Positions 12,496-26,400 of a stretch of DNA of 64,000 nt are shown one piece after another. This DNA is from Octopus vulgaris (taxonomy: Eukaryota): the NCBI GenBank assembly GCA_951406725.2, contig OX597831.1, positions 71,300,001 to 71,364,000 of the forward strand, written 5' to 3'. Position 1 is the first letter of the stretch; each line of letters opens with the position of its first letter. The notes beneath the pieces are model-generated. The model was not told where the DNA came from, did not search any database, and worked only from the letters and a program-made list of their open reading frames with translations. The translations under genes were made by a program, and so were the position numbers.

Positions 12496-12752
12496 CTCTA
12501 TTGTTCCACCGCTGCTTATATCTCTCTGAGATATTTAGAAATTTAATATTTCTACTTATATTATAGTTTGTCTGTTAATACATTTTTCAATGAGCCTGTC
12601 CTATTTTGTCTTGGGGGTATGAAATTTTAGGGAGATTGGCTCATTTCTTTTTCATCTTGTCCGTTGACTTCCAGTGACTATTTTCTATGATACATCTGTC
12701 TGTTTGATAATTACATTCGTCCTCAGGAGTTCCATTCTCATTCTAACATTAA

Positions 12753-12972
12753 CCCTTTCATTACCGTATTTATTTTGAGATGATCTGTGTTTCTTTGAAT
12801 TACTTAAAATGTAATAAAGAATTTAGTAAAATAACTTAGTTATCATTCAGCTAGTGTTAGGAACATAAATTGTGACTAAGGTTTGGTGGAAGATTTTAAT
12901 TCAAAACTTACAAAAACAAGACATTTGTACTCAGAGCCAGAGGCAGTTTTGGCCGGGTTGGTAATGAAAGGG
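12753..12972. mobile_element. piggyBac-type MITE
   Basis: TTAA on both sides; TIR ccctttcattacc / ggtaatgaaaggg. A reverse copy lies at 61289. Confidence 0.85.
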
Positions 12973-14137
12973 TTAAAGATTATTATTAAATCATACAGAA
13001 TCCTTGCTAATCTCTGATGAGGAGCTGCAGTTTCCGAATATTATCATTTCCCCCATCAGCCATGTCTAACATCTTCATACATAAATATATACAAACTAGC
13101 AAGAATGAAGCTGTTCTGAAATAGTCTGGCTAATTTCTCACCAACGCTGACGAACTTGCTTGTAAAAGTTGAAACCTGTTAAGATAGGTATGTTGATGAG
13201 AATAATGCTGGAAGATTTCCTTCAGCTGCTTCAAGGATATAATTTGTTGTTTGATTCATGGATGTACCAAACATATTATTATGATAAACATAGGAACAAT
13301 CATATTGTCTTAACATTCATTGTAGTTTCATGTCTCAGTTTATTTGCCAGTTGTTTAAAATATGTTAACACAGCATTCTTGTTAGCAAAATAGACAACTT
13401 GTAAATTAGCGACTTCTTGTTCTCCTAAGGCATCAAATCTTAATGCATCTCTCAATATATAATAACTCCTATTTATTATTATATGATATATTTCATGAAC
13501 ATAGAACATTTTCATGACATTTTGTGTCATTTTAAAACAAACTGTCTACATGTCATCTCGATGGCATTTTTTTGCACTTTGTTGATGTCATCTACATCAA
13601 AGGTTCTCGACCCATTTTGGCCAAAGGCCTCCTTTTGGAGTCACAAATGCCCCCCCCCCCCCGAACATATTTTTATTTTTCAGTATACTACTTATTTTGA
13701 TATCAGCAGATAATGGTTAAAAAATAAAGGACGTTGTTTTACATATGCGCTTGTACGCAGTCGAGAGTACAGATGTACAAATTGAAATGCAAAAAAGAAA
13801 AAAACCAAATAAGGAATTGAAAGTTTGGTAATTGAGTTTATTAGCACCACGTGACACTTATGAGATCAACATGTTGTCTATCGAAAGAGTGCTCTTTGGT
13901 ACAAGTAAATGCCTATAAAATCACTTCAAACCTTTCCGATTTCCCTTATCAAAATAGCTGGAACTTGTGCATAAGTTATTGTCACCCAGGAGGAGAATTT
14001 TTTATGCCCAAGAAAGAGAGTGTATTTGATAGAAATTGTTGAAATACATATGTACTTCATATGAGTAGCAAATTGTGGAGGATGTTATCCACTGTACTTG
14101 GATCTAGTTAGAGTCACAAAATCAAACCCCTTTTAAA

Positions 14138-14700
14138 ATCATCATCATCATCATCATCATCGTTTAGCGTCCGCTTTCCATGCTAGCATGGGTTGGACGG
14201 TTCAACTGGGGTCTGGGAAGCCAGAAGGCTGCACCAGGCCCAGTCTGATCTGGCAGTGTTTCTACAGCTGGATGCCCTTCCTAACGCCAACCACTCTGTG
14301 AGTGTAGTAGGTGCTTTTTACGTGCCAGACAAACGGCCACGATCGAATGGTGCTTTTTATGTGCCACAGGCACGGGGGCCAGATGAGGCTGGCAATGGCC
14401 ACGAATGGATGGTGCTTTTTACGTGCCACCAGCATGAGGCCAGTTGGGGCTGCACTGGCAATGGCCACGTTCGGATGGTTCTCTTACGTGCCACCGGCAC
14501 TGGTATCACCGCTGCAATTTCCATTGATGTTGATTGATTTCGATTTTCACTTGCCTCAACAGGTCTTCACAAGTAGAGTTTTGTGTCTCAAGAAGGAAAG
14601 GTATGCATAAGTGGACTGGCTACATCTGTGTAGAGGCCACGGGTTATGGTCTTACTTGTCCTGCCAGGTCTTCTCCTGCACAGCATACTTCCAAAGGTCT
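14138..14700 (-). mobile_element. Family C SINE-like element with (gat)n tail (probably RTE-mobilised)
   Basis: (cat)n cgtttagcgtccgctttccatgctagcatgggttggacgg...ggatgcccttcctaacgccaacc. Related copies at about 4136, 10012, 20594, 22565, 29013, 37829, 39742, 47535, 51945 and 57797. Confidence 0.8.
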
Positions 14701-15351
14701 CGAAAATTTGTCATCTTAAGCATTCATTTCTTATTCAGGATCTAGTTTGTTTCATTCACTAAATTTGCATTTTTTTAAAAGGAAGTAGAAAATCTGACAA
14801 TTGGTTATCTTGATGCAGTTTTCCATGGTTATTCCTATGAAGACATGAACTTCTGGAGACAAAATTTGACACGCACAAATTTTTTTTTTAATTTGTGGTT
14901 TTAAAATATGGAATCTGAATCGACCATTAGTTTCTCTTTATAATTTCTAAATAACACTATACTTCTGTGTACCAGACATTTAGCTGTTATTTTTAGCATA
15001 ACGAGTTTTCTGGTGAGATCTTCATTTGCCTTCATTGCCTGTTTGTTGCTTCTGTAGAAATCTACGGATACACAAATGCAGAAAATGGAGAAAATGAAAG
15101 AAACGTGGACAACTTGTTCCAAAACACCCCTATCCATTTTCTTGAAAGTTAAGACGAACTTGAAGTGAACTTCGGTGAATTTTTGGAAATCCCCCACCCC
15201 CCAATATCTGCATGATATAACACTTATTCATAGAAAATTTCATTAAAAAACATCCATTTTTCTGAAAGTTATGATGATCCAATGTCGGAGATGGTGGGGT
15301 GGGGGGACAGAAATCTGTATTTATGTCATATGTATGTATGTATGTATGTAT

Positions 15352-15540
15352 CACGTGTGTACCGTTGGCAATTTTTTTCCTCTGTCTTCCCTTCTCTGGA
15401 TCTTTCCTTCTCCTATGCTTCTGACGAAGAGCTCCGCTCGAACCGTTAAACCCTCCTTCTTTCCTGAGCATCCAATAATACTATATTTGTTCCACGTCCT
15501 CGCGTCGTGTTTTTTTGTGCTTTCTTGTTTGGATTAACTC
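15352..15540 (+). mobile_element. PLE pseudo-LTR-like remnant with hammerhead-like motif (15417-15452)
   Basis: CTGACGA A GAGC TCC GCTC GAAC CGTTA AACC (GAAA altered to GAAC), microsatellite-flanked. Paralog at 17462. Confidence 0.6.
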
Positions 15541-15584
<44 letters not shown>

Positions 15585-16220
15585 CATGCACACATACATG
15601 CACACACGCACATGTGTGTGTTTGCTAGTGTCTGTTTTTGTTTTAGTTTTTGTTGATTTATATGCATCCACAAACAAGCCAATGAGGCACTCTCTGTATG
15701 GTTGTTCAGTTTGCTAGTTAAAACACCCAAATCTCCCTCATACTATGCTCTTGTTAGTATTAAGGAAAGGGAAAATGTTTACTCCTTTCCATCAGTACGA
15801 TTAAAATTAGTACTTTTGATTTTGTTCGACTCTATGAATTTAATACTTTTTTAACGCTTCTGTCCATTGCGTGATACAGGAAATTGGAAAATCCTGACCA
15901 AAACAGAGAAATTCTAACTTAACAAAAAATATAGAAAGTGAAAGAAAAAGTTCTGTTTTCCAAAAGCCAAAAGATGTTTTTTAGCTGACGTGTAATTTTA
16001 TAATTAAAGCAAATTCAAAATTTAAACTTCAAAACATAAAACTTACCATGTTATCTGGTGTATGGGTCCCAGTTCAAATGGGTACAAAACGTAAAACAAA
16101 TGTGTGTGTGTCTGTGTGTGTATTATTGGTTGGCTTTCTGATAGCCAGGGGTCAGTTTAAGTTCAATCGCAGAAAGGGATTCAAAATGGCAACACACGCA
16201 ATCATATACATACAAACATA

Positions 16221-16442
16221 CCTATTTCTTTACTACCCACAAGGGGCTAAACACAGAGAGGACAAACAAACAGATTAAGTCGATTATATCGACCCCAGTG
16301 TGTAACTGGTACTTATTTAATCGACCCCGAAAAGATGAAAGGCAAAGTCGACCTCGGCGGAATTTGAACTCAGAACGTAACGGCAGACGAAATACCGCTC
16401 AGCATTTCACCGGGCATGCTAGCAACTCTGCCAGCTTGCCAC
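16221..16442 (-). mobile_element. SINE family B monomer with TSD
   Basis: tRNA-like head (tggcagagttgctagc, gagttcaaattcc). Core resembles the Meta-domain type (cctttcatc.tttcggggtcgat). Flanked by tacaaa(c/t)atacctat. Confidence 0.85.
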
Positions 16443-17380
16443 CTATACAAATATACCTATACATACACACACATACACAAATACATACCTATCAGCCACT
16501 CCCAAAAGCCAGTTTTGGTAACCATTCTTTATATATTTGCACACAAACACACACATACTCAGTCATTCAGCTTTATGCTTCTATACATTACTTTTTTCTT
16601 GTTGTCGTCTTGTTTTTAGTTTTTGTTTTTGTTTTGGGAGTTTCACTTTAGCGACACCAGTTACACATGGTACCAAGAATTTGCTTGGTGTCACTAAAGT
16701 GGAAAAAGTGTCTTAAGTTTTTGATAATTTGAAACAAAAAGACATGTTTTTTTTAAACTGTCACAGAGATGTGAAAATATGGCCTCTCTTCGTTAATTTC
16801 AAATTAAACTTACTACAGTTGAGGGTCTTCCAGCACCCCACTAGTGCCCCCAAGTCTTTTAACGCCCCCCACCCCCGTGCTCCTTTACTCCTGGCCCCCA
16901 TTGAGAACCTTTGAGCTAAATGGTTTTTAGTCAGTATAGCGGTTGTCATCTATAGCAATTTAAAACAATCATTCTTCATGTGACACTTAAACAGCTTGCA
17001 TGACAGATTCTTGGTGGCATTCTAAGAATCATCTGTACCTCTTTAAAACTGGTTGCCTAAATATTGTCTCGAGAGTTTTCTACATAGCATTTTAAATGTA
17101 ATCTGTGACATTAAATCAAGTCTTCTAGAATTCAATGTTCATGACTTGTCATATTCTAGAGAAGCCAGTAAACCTTAAATTATTTATCATTTTGTAATGA
17201 CTTCCATTTGACATGCCACAAGTGTGACATCCAATAGTAACTGACTCAGTTAAATGACATAGTGTCTCCAATAAGCAATACAGGTTGTGACAATTATTCA
17301 TTTGTATTTGAATTAATAAAGGCTTGTAAACTGATTATCTGCCTGGAATATACTGTGCTGTGTGTGTGTGTGTGTGTGTG

Positions 17381-17433
<53 letters not shown>

Positions 17434-17461
17434 GTGTGTATGTGTGTGTGTGTGTGTGTGA

Positions 17462-17650
17462 CCACATGTGTATCGTTGGCGATTTTTTTCCTCCATCTTC
17501 TCTTCCTTGGATCTTTCCTTTTCCTCTGTTTCTGACGAAGAGCTCCGCTTGAAATGTTAAATACTCCTTCTTTCTTTCCTTTCCTGAACATCCAATAACA
17601 CTATACTTGTTCCACATTCTCGCGTTGTGTTTTCATGTTTGAATTAACTA
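17462..17650 (+). mobile_element. PLE pseudo-LTR-like remnant with hammerhead-like motif (17528-17563)
   Basis: GTTT CTGACGA A GAGC TCC GCTT GAAA TGTTA AAT; same family as 15352. Confidence 0.6.
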
Positions 17651-18667
17651 TATATATATATATGCACGAGTCATCTAAAAGTCCATAAGTCAGTTACCAT
17701 ATTCCCTTCCATATCAGCTAACTCTGATGAGTGTAAGGTTATAGAATTGGATTGTTACCTAGCACTCCATTGTATTCCTAGTGCGAAACTGATTGATATG
17801 ATCAGCTATGATGGATACATAATACTGTACGTTTTTGATAATATATTATAGTAAAAAAGAATTTTGATAAGAGGATTTTCCCCACATGGTGATTTGTAGT
17901 GAAAAAATATATAAATAAAGAGGGAAAATTCACACAGTTTATATATTTTTGATTTTTTAAAGGATGCTTGTTTGTATGTGTGTATGCATGCACACGTGCA
18001 CGTGCACACACACACATGTGCATATATACATGTATGATGGCTTCATCTGTATTTCAAACCAATGCCATTGCTTGGCTGTTCCCTTAAAGCAGTATGAATG
18101 TGGCTTTTCAGTCTTGCTAGGGACCTATACTCTTTTGCTCAGATATGACAATAATGGGTGCCTCTTGCAGCAGGTGTTCAGAGAGCTTACCACTCATGCT
18201 AACTTTCATTCCATCATGGAATTTTTCATTGAATGTTTTACCTTTTCCAGCTACAATAAGGCATAGCATGCCAAACATTATAGAGATGCAAAAATCAAGC
18301 AATATCTGTGATAAAAAGCCTTGTGCAGTGATGAAAGGCTTTGCACAGTAGCAATTCTATTCTCTAAATAATGCATGCCTTTACCCCAAACAAAGAACTA
18401 GTCTACACACACACATATACATACATACATACATACATACATACATACATACATACATACACATATACATACATACATACATACATACATACATACATAC
18501 ATACATACATACATACACATATACATACATACATACATACATACACATATACATACATACATACTTTTTTCTCTCTCACATATTCTTACTCACACAGAAA
18601 ACTCATGTGAGAGAATGACATGGAGATTTTGCAAATTGAATATTTGCATCTGAATTATTATTACATA

Positions 18668-19394
18668 CAAGCAGTATAGTCCAGCGTTGCTCGGGTTTGT
18701 TTTTTAGTTGCGCTTAAAACGGCAGACTTTGATGTTGTGTTAACAAAGTTTTGACATAGTTTCAATCTATGAATAAAAGTATAGTGTGGTGATGCTCGAA
18801 TTAGCTCTGAATGTGCTGCAAATGTGTAATGCCGAAAATCTATTAAGAAGTTAACACTGCAACAGTCTTCATTAAGATAAAGGACAGGAAAATCCCAAAC
18901 GTTAGCAAGAACAGTTTGTGGCTACAAAAATCCCAAAAGATGTTATTTTGTAGTCAAACGGGTGGGCAACATGAATTGTGGTTGTACCTGTAAAATGAAT
19001 AAAATCGATAATTTTACATCACGTATAAGTAAAAAAAGAACTGTAAAATCAAAACATAATCATTGAAGGTTTGACTTGAACATCATAAATAGTAACAGCA
19101 TGCAGATCACACTTTTTCTGGTTGAAATACACAAAAAAACTGCGACACAGCAGTCAAAATATCGTAAAAAATATGGATTTTCATAGAAAAAAAGTAGCTT
19201 TTTGATGTAAATAATTTTTGGTTTTAACATAGTCTGGTTTGAATTTTTTCTTCTATGGAATGAAGAGCAAGCCTTCTATCATACTCTCAATTTTGGTCAA
19301 CTTGTGCCATAGTGTCTCCAAGGAGATAGTGTTAGTTGAAGGCTACCAAACCTGCCACACACACACACAGACAACTTCAGTTTATATATATAGA
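18668..19394 (-). mobile_element. Non-autonomous Helitron
   Basis: Minus strand starts TCtatatatataaa and ends cccgagcaacgctggactatactgCTTG, a degenerate version of the hairpin+CTAG end of the 53229 copy. Confidence 0.65.
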
Positions 19395-20669
19395 TTTGCT
19401 TTCTCCTCCTACATGCCTTTCAACCACAATATGTAGTGGAAGTGTAATAAATGTTGTGTAATTAATTCATACACACAACGCTACTTCGTGCACACCAACA
19501 TTGGTACATATCATCACTTTTTTTTTCTGTGATCTTTCAACCAGCTTGAAATAGCACACAAATCTCCCTCACTTTATACATTACTTTCTTTAAAAAAAAA
19601 AAAAACTGACACACAGCTTCAGAGCTGAAATGGCCATAGTGGGAGTAAATGTCTTTGAACCTTATTCTGCTTATTCAGATTTTATGTGAGGCTAAACCAT
19701 AACAAAATTATTTATTACTTTATGAATAAGAATTACTCTCCTTATTCATAGAAGAATTTTTGGTGAAGAGGTGTAATCAATTTAATACCATCCCTTGGTA
19801 CTTGACTATCGCTGATTCTGTCATCTGATTCAGTCATAATTTATTTTATTTTAAATCAATCAACATACATAATGTGTATATATTTATATGAATACAGGTA
19901 TTGTATTTTTTTCTTTATTCAAATAGGTGAGACTATTGGTTATTTACTATTACTAGAAGCATTACACCACTGACATACTAATGCCACTATTCACTGTCTT
20001 ACACTAGCTTTCAGTAGTTCTTAAAGTATTGCTTTATCAAGTGCTATAACTTCCAGAATCTTTTGGATTTTTATGGCTCTGAGATTTTGTCTGCTTATCA
20101 AAAATATCCAAGTTCTGTAAGAAAGATGAATGTGCTGCTATCATCAAGGGATGCTGGTCAAACATTACTTCCATACATTGAATTTAGTTTCACACATTGA
20201 ATACAGTTTCATAGATTCAATGAAGTTCCATAGATTGAAATGCTGTTCTATGGCTGAGGAATTTCTCTTTCACTAAATCTGATTACCATTCTCCATTGGT
20301 CTGCCTGTACTGTTTCTATTTCTCTCAGAATGTAGATATTTCAACCAACTTCTTCAACTCTTTCTCCTTCTTTGTCTATCTATCTGACTCTGTCTGTCTG
20401 TCTGTCTCTCTCATACACACATGCATATATAAGAGTAGGCATGTCTGTATGGTAAGAAATTTGCTTCCCAACTGTACAGTTTCAAGTTCACTTCCATTCC
20501 ATGGCAATTTGGGCAAGTGTCTTCTATTATAGCTTCGGGTTGACCTGAATGGGTTTGGTAGACAGAAACTAAAAGAAGTACACAGATGTATAGGTCGAAC
20601 CGTTTGACCCATGCTAGCATGGAAAACGGACGTTAAACGATGATGTTGATGATGATGATATATATATAT

Positions 20670-21070
20670 CGCAGGAGTGGCTGTGTGGTAAGTAGCTTGC
20701 TAACCAACCACATGGTTCTGGGTTCAGTCCCACTGCGTGGCATCTTGGGCAAGTGTCTTCTGCTATAGCCGCGGGCTGACCAATGCCTTGTGAGTGGATT
20801 TGGTAGACGGAAACTAAAAGAAGCCTGTCATATATATGTATATATATATGTATGTGTGTGTATGTGTGTATGTTTGTGTTTGTCCCCCTGGCATTGCTTG
20901 ACAACCGATGCTGGTGTGTTTATGTCCCCGTCACTTAGCGGTTCGGCAAAAGAGACCAATAGAATAAGTACTGGGCTTACAAAGAATAAGTCCCGGGGTC
21001 GAGTTGCTCGATTAAAGGTGGTGCTCCAGCATGGCCGCAGTCAAATGACTGAAACAAGTAAAAGAGTAAA
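20670..21070 (+). mobile_element. SINE family A full copy
   Basis: Complete head, internal microsatellite and (gagtaaaa) tail. Confidence 0.9.
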
Positions 21071-21325
21071 AGATTATGCATATGTAAACCTACTCTTGTG
21101 TGTCTTTGTGTTTGTGTTTGTCTCCTTCCATTTGACAACTGGTGTTGGTGTGTTTATGTCCTTGCAATTTCGCAGAAGAGACTGCTGTCACTTTGTGGAT
21201 GTTCCACTGGGTTAAAGGTGAGAGGGCCAAGTGGTCTCTATGTTTGTTTGTTACTATGTAGGCACCTAAACAACTAGCGAAAGCTTGATACATGCTACCA
21301 AGCCAGGCTCACTCACATATACACT

Positions 21326-21365
<40 letters not shown>

Positions 21366-23361
21366 CAGTAGTAGTGTTGCATTATTGTAGTTTGCGTTTT
21401 ACATGACAGTGTCATGTGACCCAATCCAGTGGTCGTGCGATGAAGACTAGGCTGCTAGATATGTGATGCATGTGACTGCAGTTTTATTTCATTATTCATT
21501 TCAGGCCGGTGGAAGCAAGGGGATTTGAGTCTATTGTATTATTTTGATAAACACTTTGCTCTGCGATTACTTTAATGTTCTTGAAGAAGCCCTCCCCCTT
21601 TCTGGGAAAATATACATTTACAGTCTATTTGGCAATAACAATTTTCTTTAATTGATAATATAACAATGGTGTTAGCAATAGGATATTAGGATTTAGAAAA
21701 TTAATGCTGTCTGATCTCGAGATGTTAAGATGCCTGATCTGAAGATGCTTAAGATGTCTATTAGCTAGCCTGTACTAGAACAAAGAAGCTCAAAAGTTCT
21801 ACTGATAGTAAAGTAATAACTGATCTCTTCTTATCTAAAGCAAGGACTGAGAATATTAGAAGTGTCTTTGTGATGGAGAAAATGAACTTCTCAGAGACTA
21901 TAATGTCCTCAATGAGACCAAAAGAAGAAGATTATTATTGTTGAAAGGCATATTTTCTGAATCTGAAGCAAAACTCACTGGAGTTAATACAATGATATAA
22001 TGAAAGATTATATTAATGGTTTAAAAACAATTTTACATTAATCTGATGGTTTTTGGAATGTAACACCCTTGATAGTCGAGGGATTATTGTAAGTTCTGAT
22101 TCTCAGCCTACGTCAGATACTGAGACAGGATCACACAAGCTGACTGATTTGGTTTGAGCTAACCATCAAATCCCAAGTTCTGTTAAAGCTCAGGAAATAA
22201 CAACAGTGAATACTCCTCTTGGATTCAGGTATCAGATGTATTGCCATACTGTATAAAAACAGTAAGCACTGTATTTCTGTGTGCCATGAAAAATACATTA
22301 GATGCCACCACTATAATTGTTTTAGATATCACTGTTTAACTAATTTGGTAAAATGAGATTTGCTTTGATGGCTGCACCACTGATGCCCTGGAACACAAAA
22401 ATTAAAGGCATTTTGTAAGAAACTCACCTCCCGTCATTTGGCTACTAGTGACATGTGGAATATCTTTTGTACTGAAGATTTGACCTTTCTAGGATATAAT
22501 GTCTCCAAACAGGGTATTCAACCAAAGGATACATTTGTGAAGAAAATATTGGAAGTAATATTCGTGTCAGTGGCATGTAAATGCACCCACTACACTCTCA
22601 GAATGGTTGGTGATAGGAAGAGCATCCAGCTGTAGAAACTCTGCAAGATCAAATCGGAGTCTGGTGCAGCCATCTGGTTCACCAGACCTCAGTTAAATCG
22701 TCCAACCCATGCTAGCATGGAAAACGGACGTTAAATGATGATGATGATTCCCAGAGAGTAGAAAAGAACTAGAATCACTTTAAGAAATAGCTAATAGACA
22801 TTGCAACTCTTGTTGTAACTACAATGTCTTTTACTCATGCCTAGCGTATGAAATTGTGTTGTTGTTAACGTCACCTTCCTCCTTCTACTCCTCCTCCAGC
22901 AGTTTGCTGGTGTCACTTTTCCTGGTGATTTGTGTTTACTGTCTATGTAGGTCTCTCAGACTAAAAACATTAAAGAGAAAATATTTGTATTTGGGAGGAG
23001 GTGTCACAAGAGACCAAAACAACAGCATTAATCTTAAGAAGTGCTCTAGACTAGAGAAATTTTGTTGAAGGGTATTTTCCTAGTCAGAATTGAATGCACT
23101 TCTAAATTTGAACAATGAACAATAGACAAAGGATTCTAGCAAGTTGCCAATCAAATCATACCAAATCATTTATCAAAAGTAGACAAAATAGGTGCAGGAG
23201 TGGCTGTGTGGAAAGTAGCTTGCTAACCAACCACATGGTTCCGGGTTCAGTCCCGCTGCATGGCATCTTGGGCAGGTGTCTTCTGCTATAGCCCCGGGCC
23301 GACCAATGCCTTGTGAGTGGATTTGGTAGACGGAAACTGAAAGAGGCCTGTCGTAGATATG

Positions 23362-23394
<33 letters not shown>

Positions 23395-24480
23395 TTGTGT
23401 GTGTTTGTCCCCCTAGCATTGCTTGACAACCGATGCTGGTGTGTTTGCGTCCCCGTCACTTAGCGGTTCGGCAAAAGAGACCGATAGAATAAGTACTGGG
23501 CTTACAAAGAATAAGTCCCGGGGTCGATTTGCCCGACTAAAGGCGGTGCTCCAGCATGGCCGCAGTCAAATGACTGAAACAAGTAAAAGAGTAAAAGAGT
23601 AAGAGTAAGAGTAATATAGGTGTTAGAAGTTACTTAGTGCATACACTGACACAAGCAGTACCTAAGAATAATTAATATAGATTGAAAAAAGAATTGTTAC
23701 CATTGAGTTTGTGATCAACGAGAATCTAGATTAAGGAAGCAAAGAGATTTTAAGCAATGGATTGCTAAAACAACAATGATGCAAAGAGGTAAGAAAAGAT
23801 AAGAAGCCAGTTGTAAAGAATTTGAATTATAGAAAGATAGCTCTATGCTGTATGTAATCAAGATAGGAAGTTGTGTAAGGAGAACTCATTGAATAAATTA
23901 AGATATAGAAAAATAGTATTAGTGAAGTAGAAAAGTAAGGACCAATTGATGGTCTCTGAGAATGGAATCAATGTCTGTTATGAATGGAAGGCAGCCAAAC
24001 AGTTAATTGATAAGTTTGTTGAACTGGTTTGTAAGAAACGGTAGTCATAAAAGCAAGTTTAGATGTGATTGAGTAAGATTGTCGAGAAGTTGGAAAAAGA
24101 AATATTTAGGACATATTGGTGAAGAGAACTTTTTACCTACACCAAATTAATTAATCGTTTCCAGGAATATTGGGATTGAGGAGAATTAAACTCTACATGG
24201 AAACCAAACAGGAAGCATGTAAAAAATTGTAACTAACCTCATAATGTTGGGAGCTAAATTAGATTGAATCAGTTCTTGTATGTTAATAGTGTTTATATCT
24301 TAAATTATGGGAGAATAAAAGGCAATGGTGTCTTCTGTCTCCAAGGTGTGAAAGAATTTAAATTCAGAATAGTGACAATGAACAGAATAGTGGTAATGAA
24401 CTTTAGAAAGATGGTTGCAGTCGGTAAAATTAACCCTGCCACTAGATTATTAGTTATTTTATTGAGCCTGGAATATTGGT
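21326..24480 (+). mobile_element. Heavily decayed Gypsy LTR retrotransposon with nested SINEs
   Basis: Putative LTR tg...aaca (21326-21665) and PBS-like tggtgttagcaataggat. RT remnants AQEITTVNTPLG and LTFLGYNVSKQGIQPKDTFVKKILEV/..PESRKELES. The 3' boundary is uncertain. Confidence 0.55.
23190..23612 (+). mobile_element. SINE family A full copy
   Basis: Complete head to tail; aataggtg on the left and tataggtg on the right resemble a TSD. Confidence 0.9.
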
Positions 24481-25139
24481 TTCAAATTTTGATACAGCTA
24501 TTTCTGAGCAGGGGTTCAAGTTGCTTACATTGGCTGCAATACTGCAATACTTGATTAGTGCTGGAGTTGATGTAATCGACTGAGAAGTTGAAAGGCAAAG
24601 TTGACCTTAGCAAAATTTGAACTCGGAGCATAAAAAGATGGACAAAATGCCATGAAGCACTATTCCCAGAATGCTAAGAATTCTGCCTGCTAAAACATTT
24701 TGTCCACTCATACTCAAACTATAGAAGGATATAAGTAGATACTGCAATAATGAATATTATCATAATTTCAGTAAACATTGAAAGAGCAGTCAAATATAAT
24801 TAGCTTGCAATCACAGATCCTCCAATAATCACTTTTATTTAATTAACTCATTCTTCCAGCATTCATTTAGACATTATGAATTCTCTTACTTATTCATGTT
24901 TAACATAGTCTTATAAAGCTTTTCTAAATTGACTAACTGAATAGTCTAACAAAATAGTTTCATGAAATTATCTGTCTAAATACCTTAGCTGCTGAAGTTT
25001 GAAGCTGATATAAATTGTGTTGTAATTATGCTTATCATTCATCATATTGATTTCTTACTATGGCATTATGTCATAGATTTACAGGTGTGGTATAGTATAT
25101 GTGATTAAATCAACTAGCTATATAATTGATGAAAACCAG

Positions 25140-26400
25140 TTTCCTACTGTGACCGCAGTGGTATTTGAACTTGGAATGTCAAAAGCCAGAACAAATAACA
25201 CGAAGAACTTTTCTGAAGCTTTGATTATTTGGCAAGCCTATCACTACCACCACCACCACCACCAAAGAGATGGCTAGATGACTACATTGACCCCAGAGTT
25301 CAGCTGCTGCTTATTTTATTGATCCCAAAAAGATGAAAAGTATAGTCGACCTCAGCAAAATTTAAAGACAGACAAAATGTAAAGACGGACAAAATGCTGC
25401 TGAGTATTTTACCCAGCATGCTACCAATTCTTCCAGCTCACCTACCTTAATGATAATATCTGTAATAATAATCCTTTCTAATATAGGCACAAGGCCTGAA
25501 ATTTGCATGGAAATGGGTAAGTCAATCACATTGACCTCCCCTTCCCCAGTCCTCAGCTGGTACTTATTTTATTGACCCTGAAAGGACGAAAGACAAAGCT
25601 GCCCCTGGTAGCATTTGAACTCAGAATGTGATGATGGACAAAATACTGCAAGGCATTTTGCCCTGCATGCTAACGATTCTGCCAGCTCACCACTTTAATG
25701 ATAATAATAATGGATTTCAAATCTTAGTACAAGACCAGTAATATTGGGGGAGGAGGTGCCAAACTGGTACTTATTCTATGTACTCCTAAAGGATGAGAGG
25801 CAGAATTTAAACTCAGAACATGAAGATTGACAAAATGACACTAAGTATTTTGCCTGACATTCTAATGATTCTACCAGCTCACCGGCTTAAAAAATAATAG
25901 TAATGATAATAATAATAATAATAATAATAATGATAATAATAATGATAATAATAATTTGGCCGCAAGGGCAATAATTTTGGGGGAGGGGATGAGTCGATTA
26001 CATCGACCCTAGTGTTCAAATGGTTACCTATTTTATCAACCCCAGAAGGATGAAAGACAAAGTTGACCTCAGCAGAATTTGAACTTAGAATGGAGTGACG
26101 AATGAAATACCACTAAGCATTTCGTCTGCCATGCTAATGATTCTGCCAGCTTGCTGCCTTAATAATGATAATAATAATAATCCTTTTTATTACAGCTGCA
26201 AGGGGGTAAGTTGATCACATCAACTCCAGTACATGACTGGTACTTTATCGATCCCAGAAGGATGAAAGGCAAAGTTGACCCTTGATAGAATTTGAACTCA
26301 GAATTTAGTGACAGGCGAAATACCGCTAAGCACTTTGTCCAGCATGCTAATGATTCTGCCAGCTCACCACCTTAATACTGCTACTACTACTACTAATAAT
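25140..26400 (-). mobile_element. Train of about six degenerate family B SINE copies, mostly separated by (AAT)n tracts
   Basis: Repeated ...gaaggatgaaaggcaaagttgacc...tttgaactcagaa...gctaatgattctgccagctcacc blocks in the same orientation. Confidence 0.8.

Larger units (their letters stand above)
13598..16913. mobile_element. Probable decayed hAT (Charlie-like) element with nested insertions
   Basis: TIR caaaggttctc(g)a / ttgagaacctttg. Flanking 8-mers atctacat and agctaaat match 6/8 as a TSD. No transposase motif was recognised. Confidence 0.5.

Noticed and set aside
13014-13180. Two CTGAYGA + hairpin motifs (near 13014 and 13148)
   Set aside because: The first has GAAT instead of GAAA; the second lacks a palindromic stem III and a pairing stem I.
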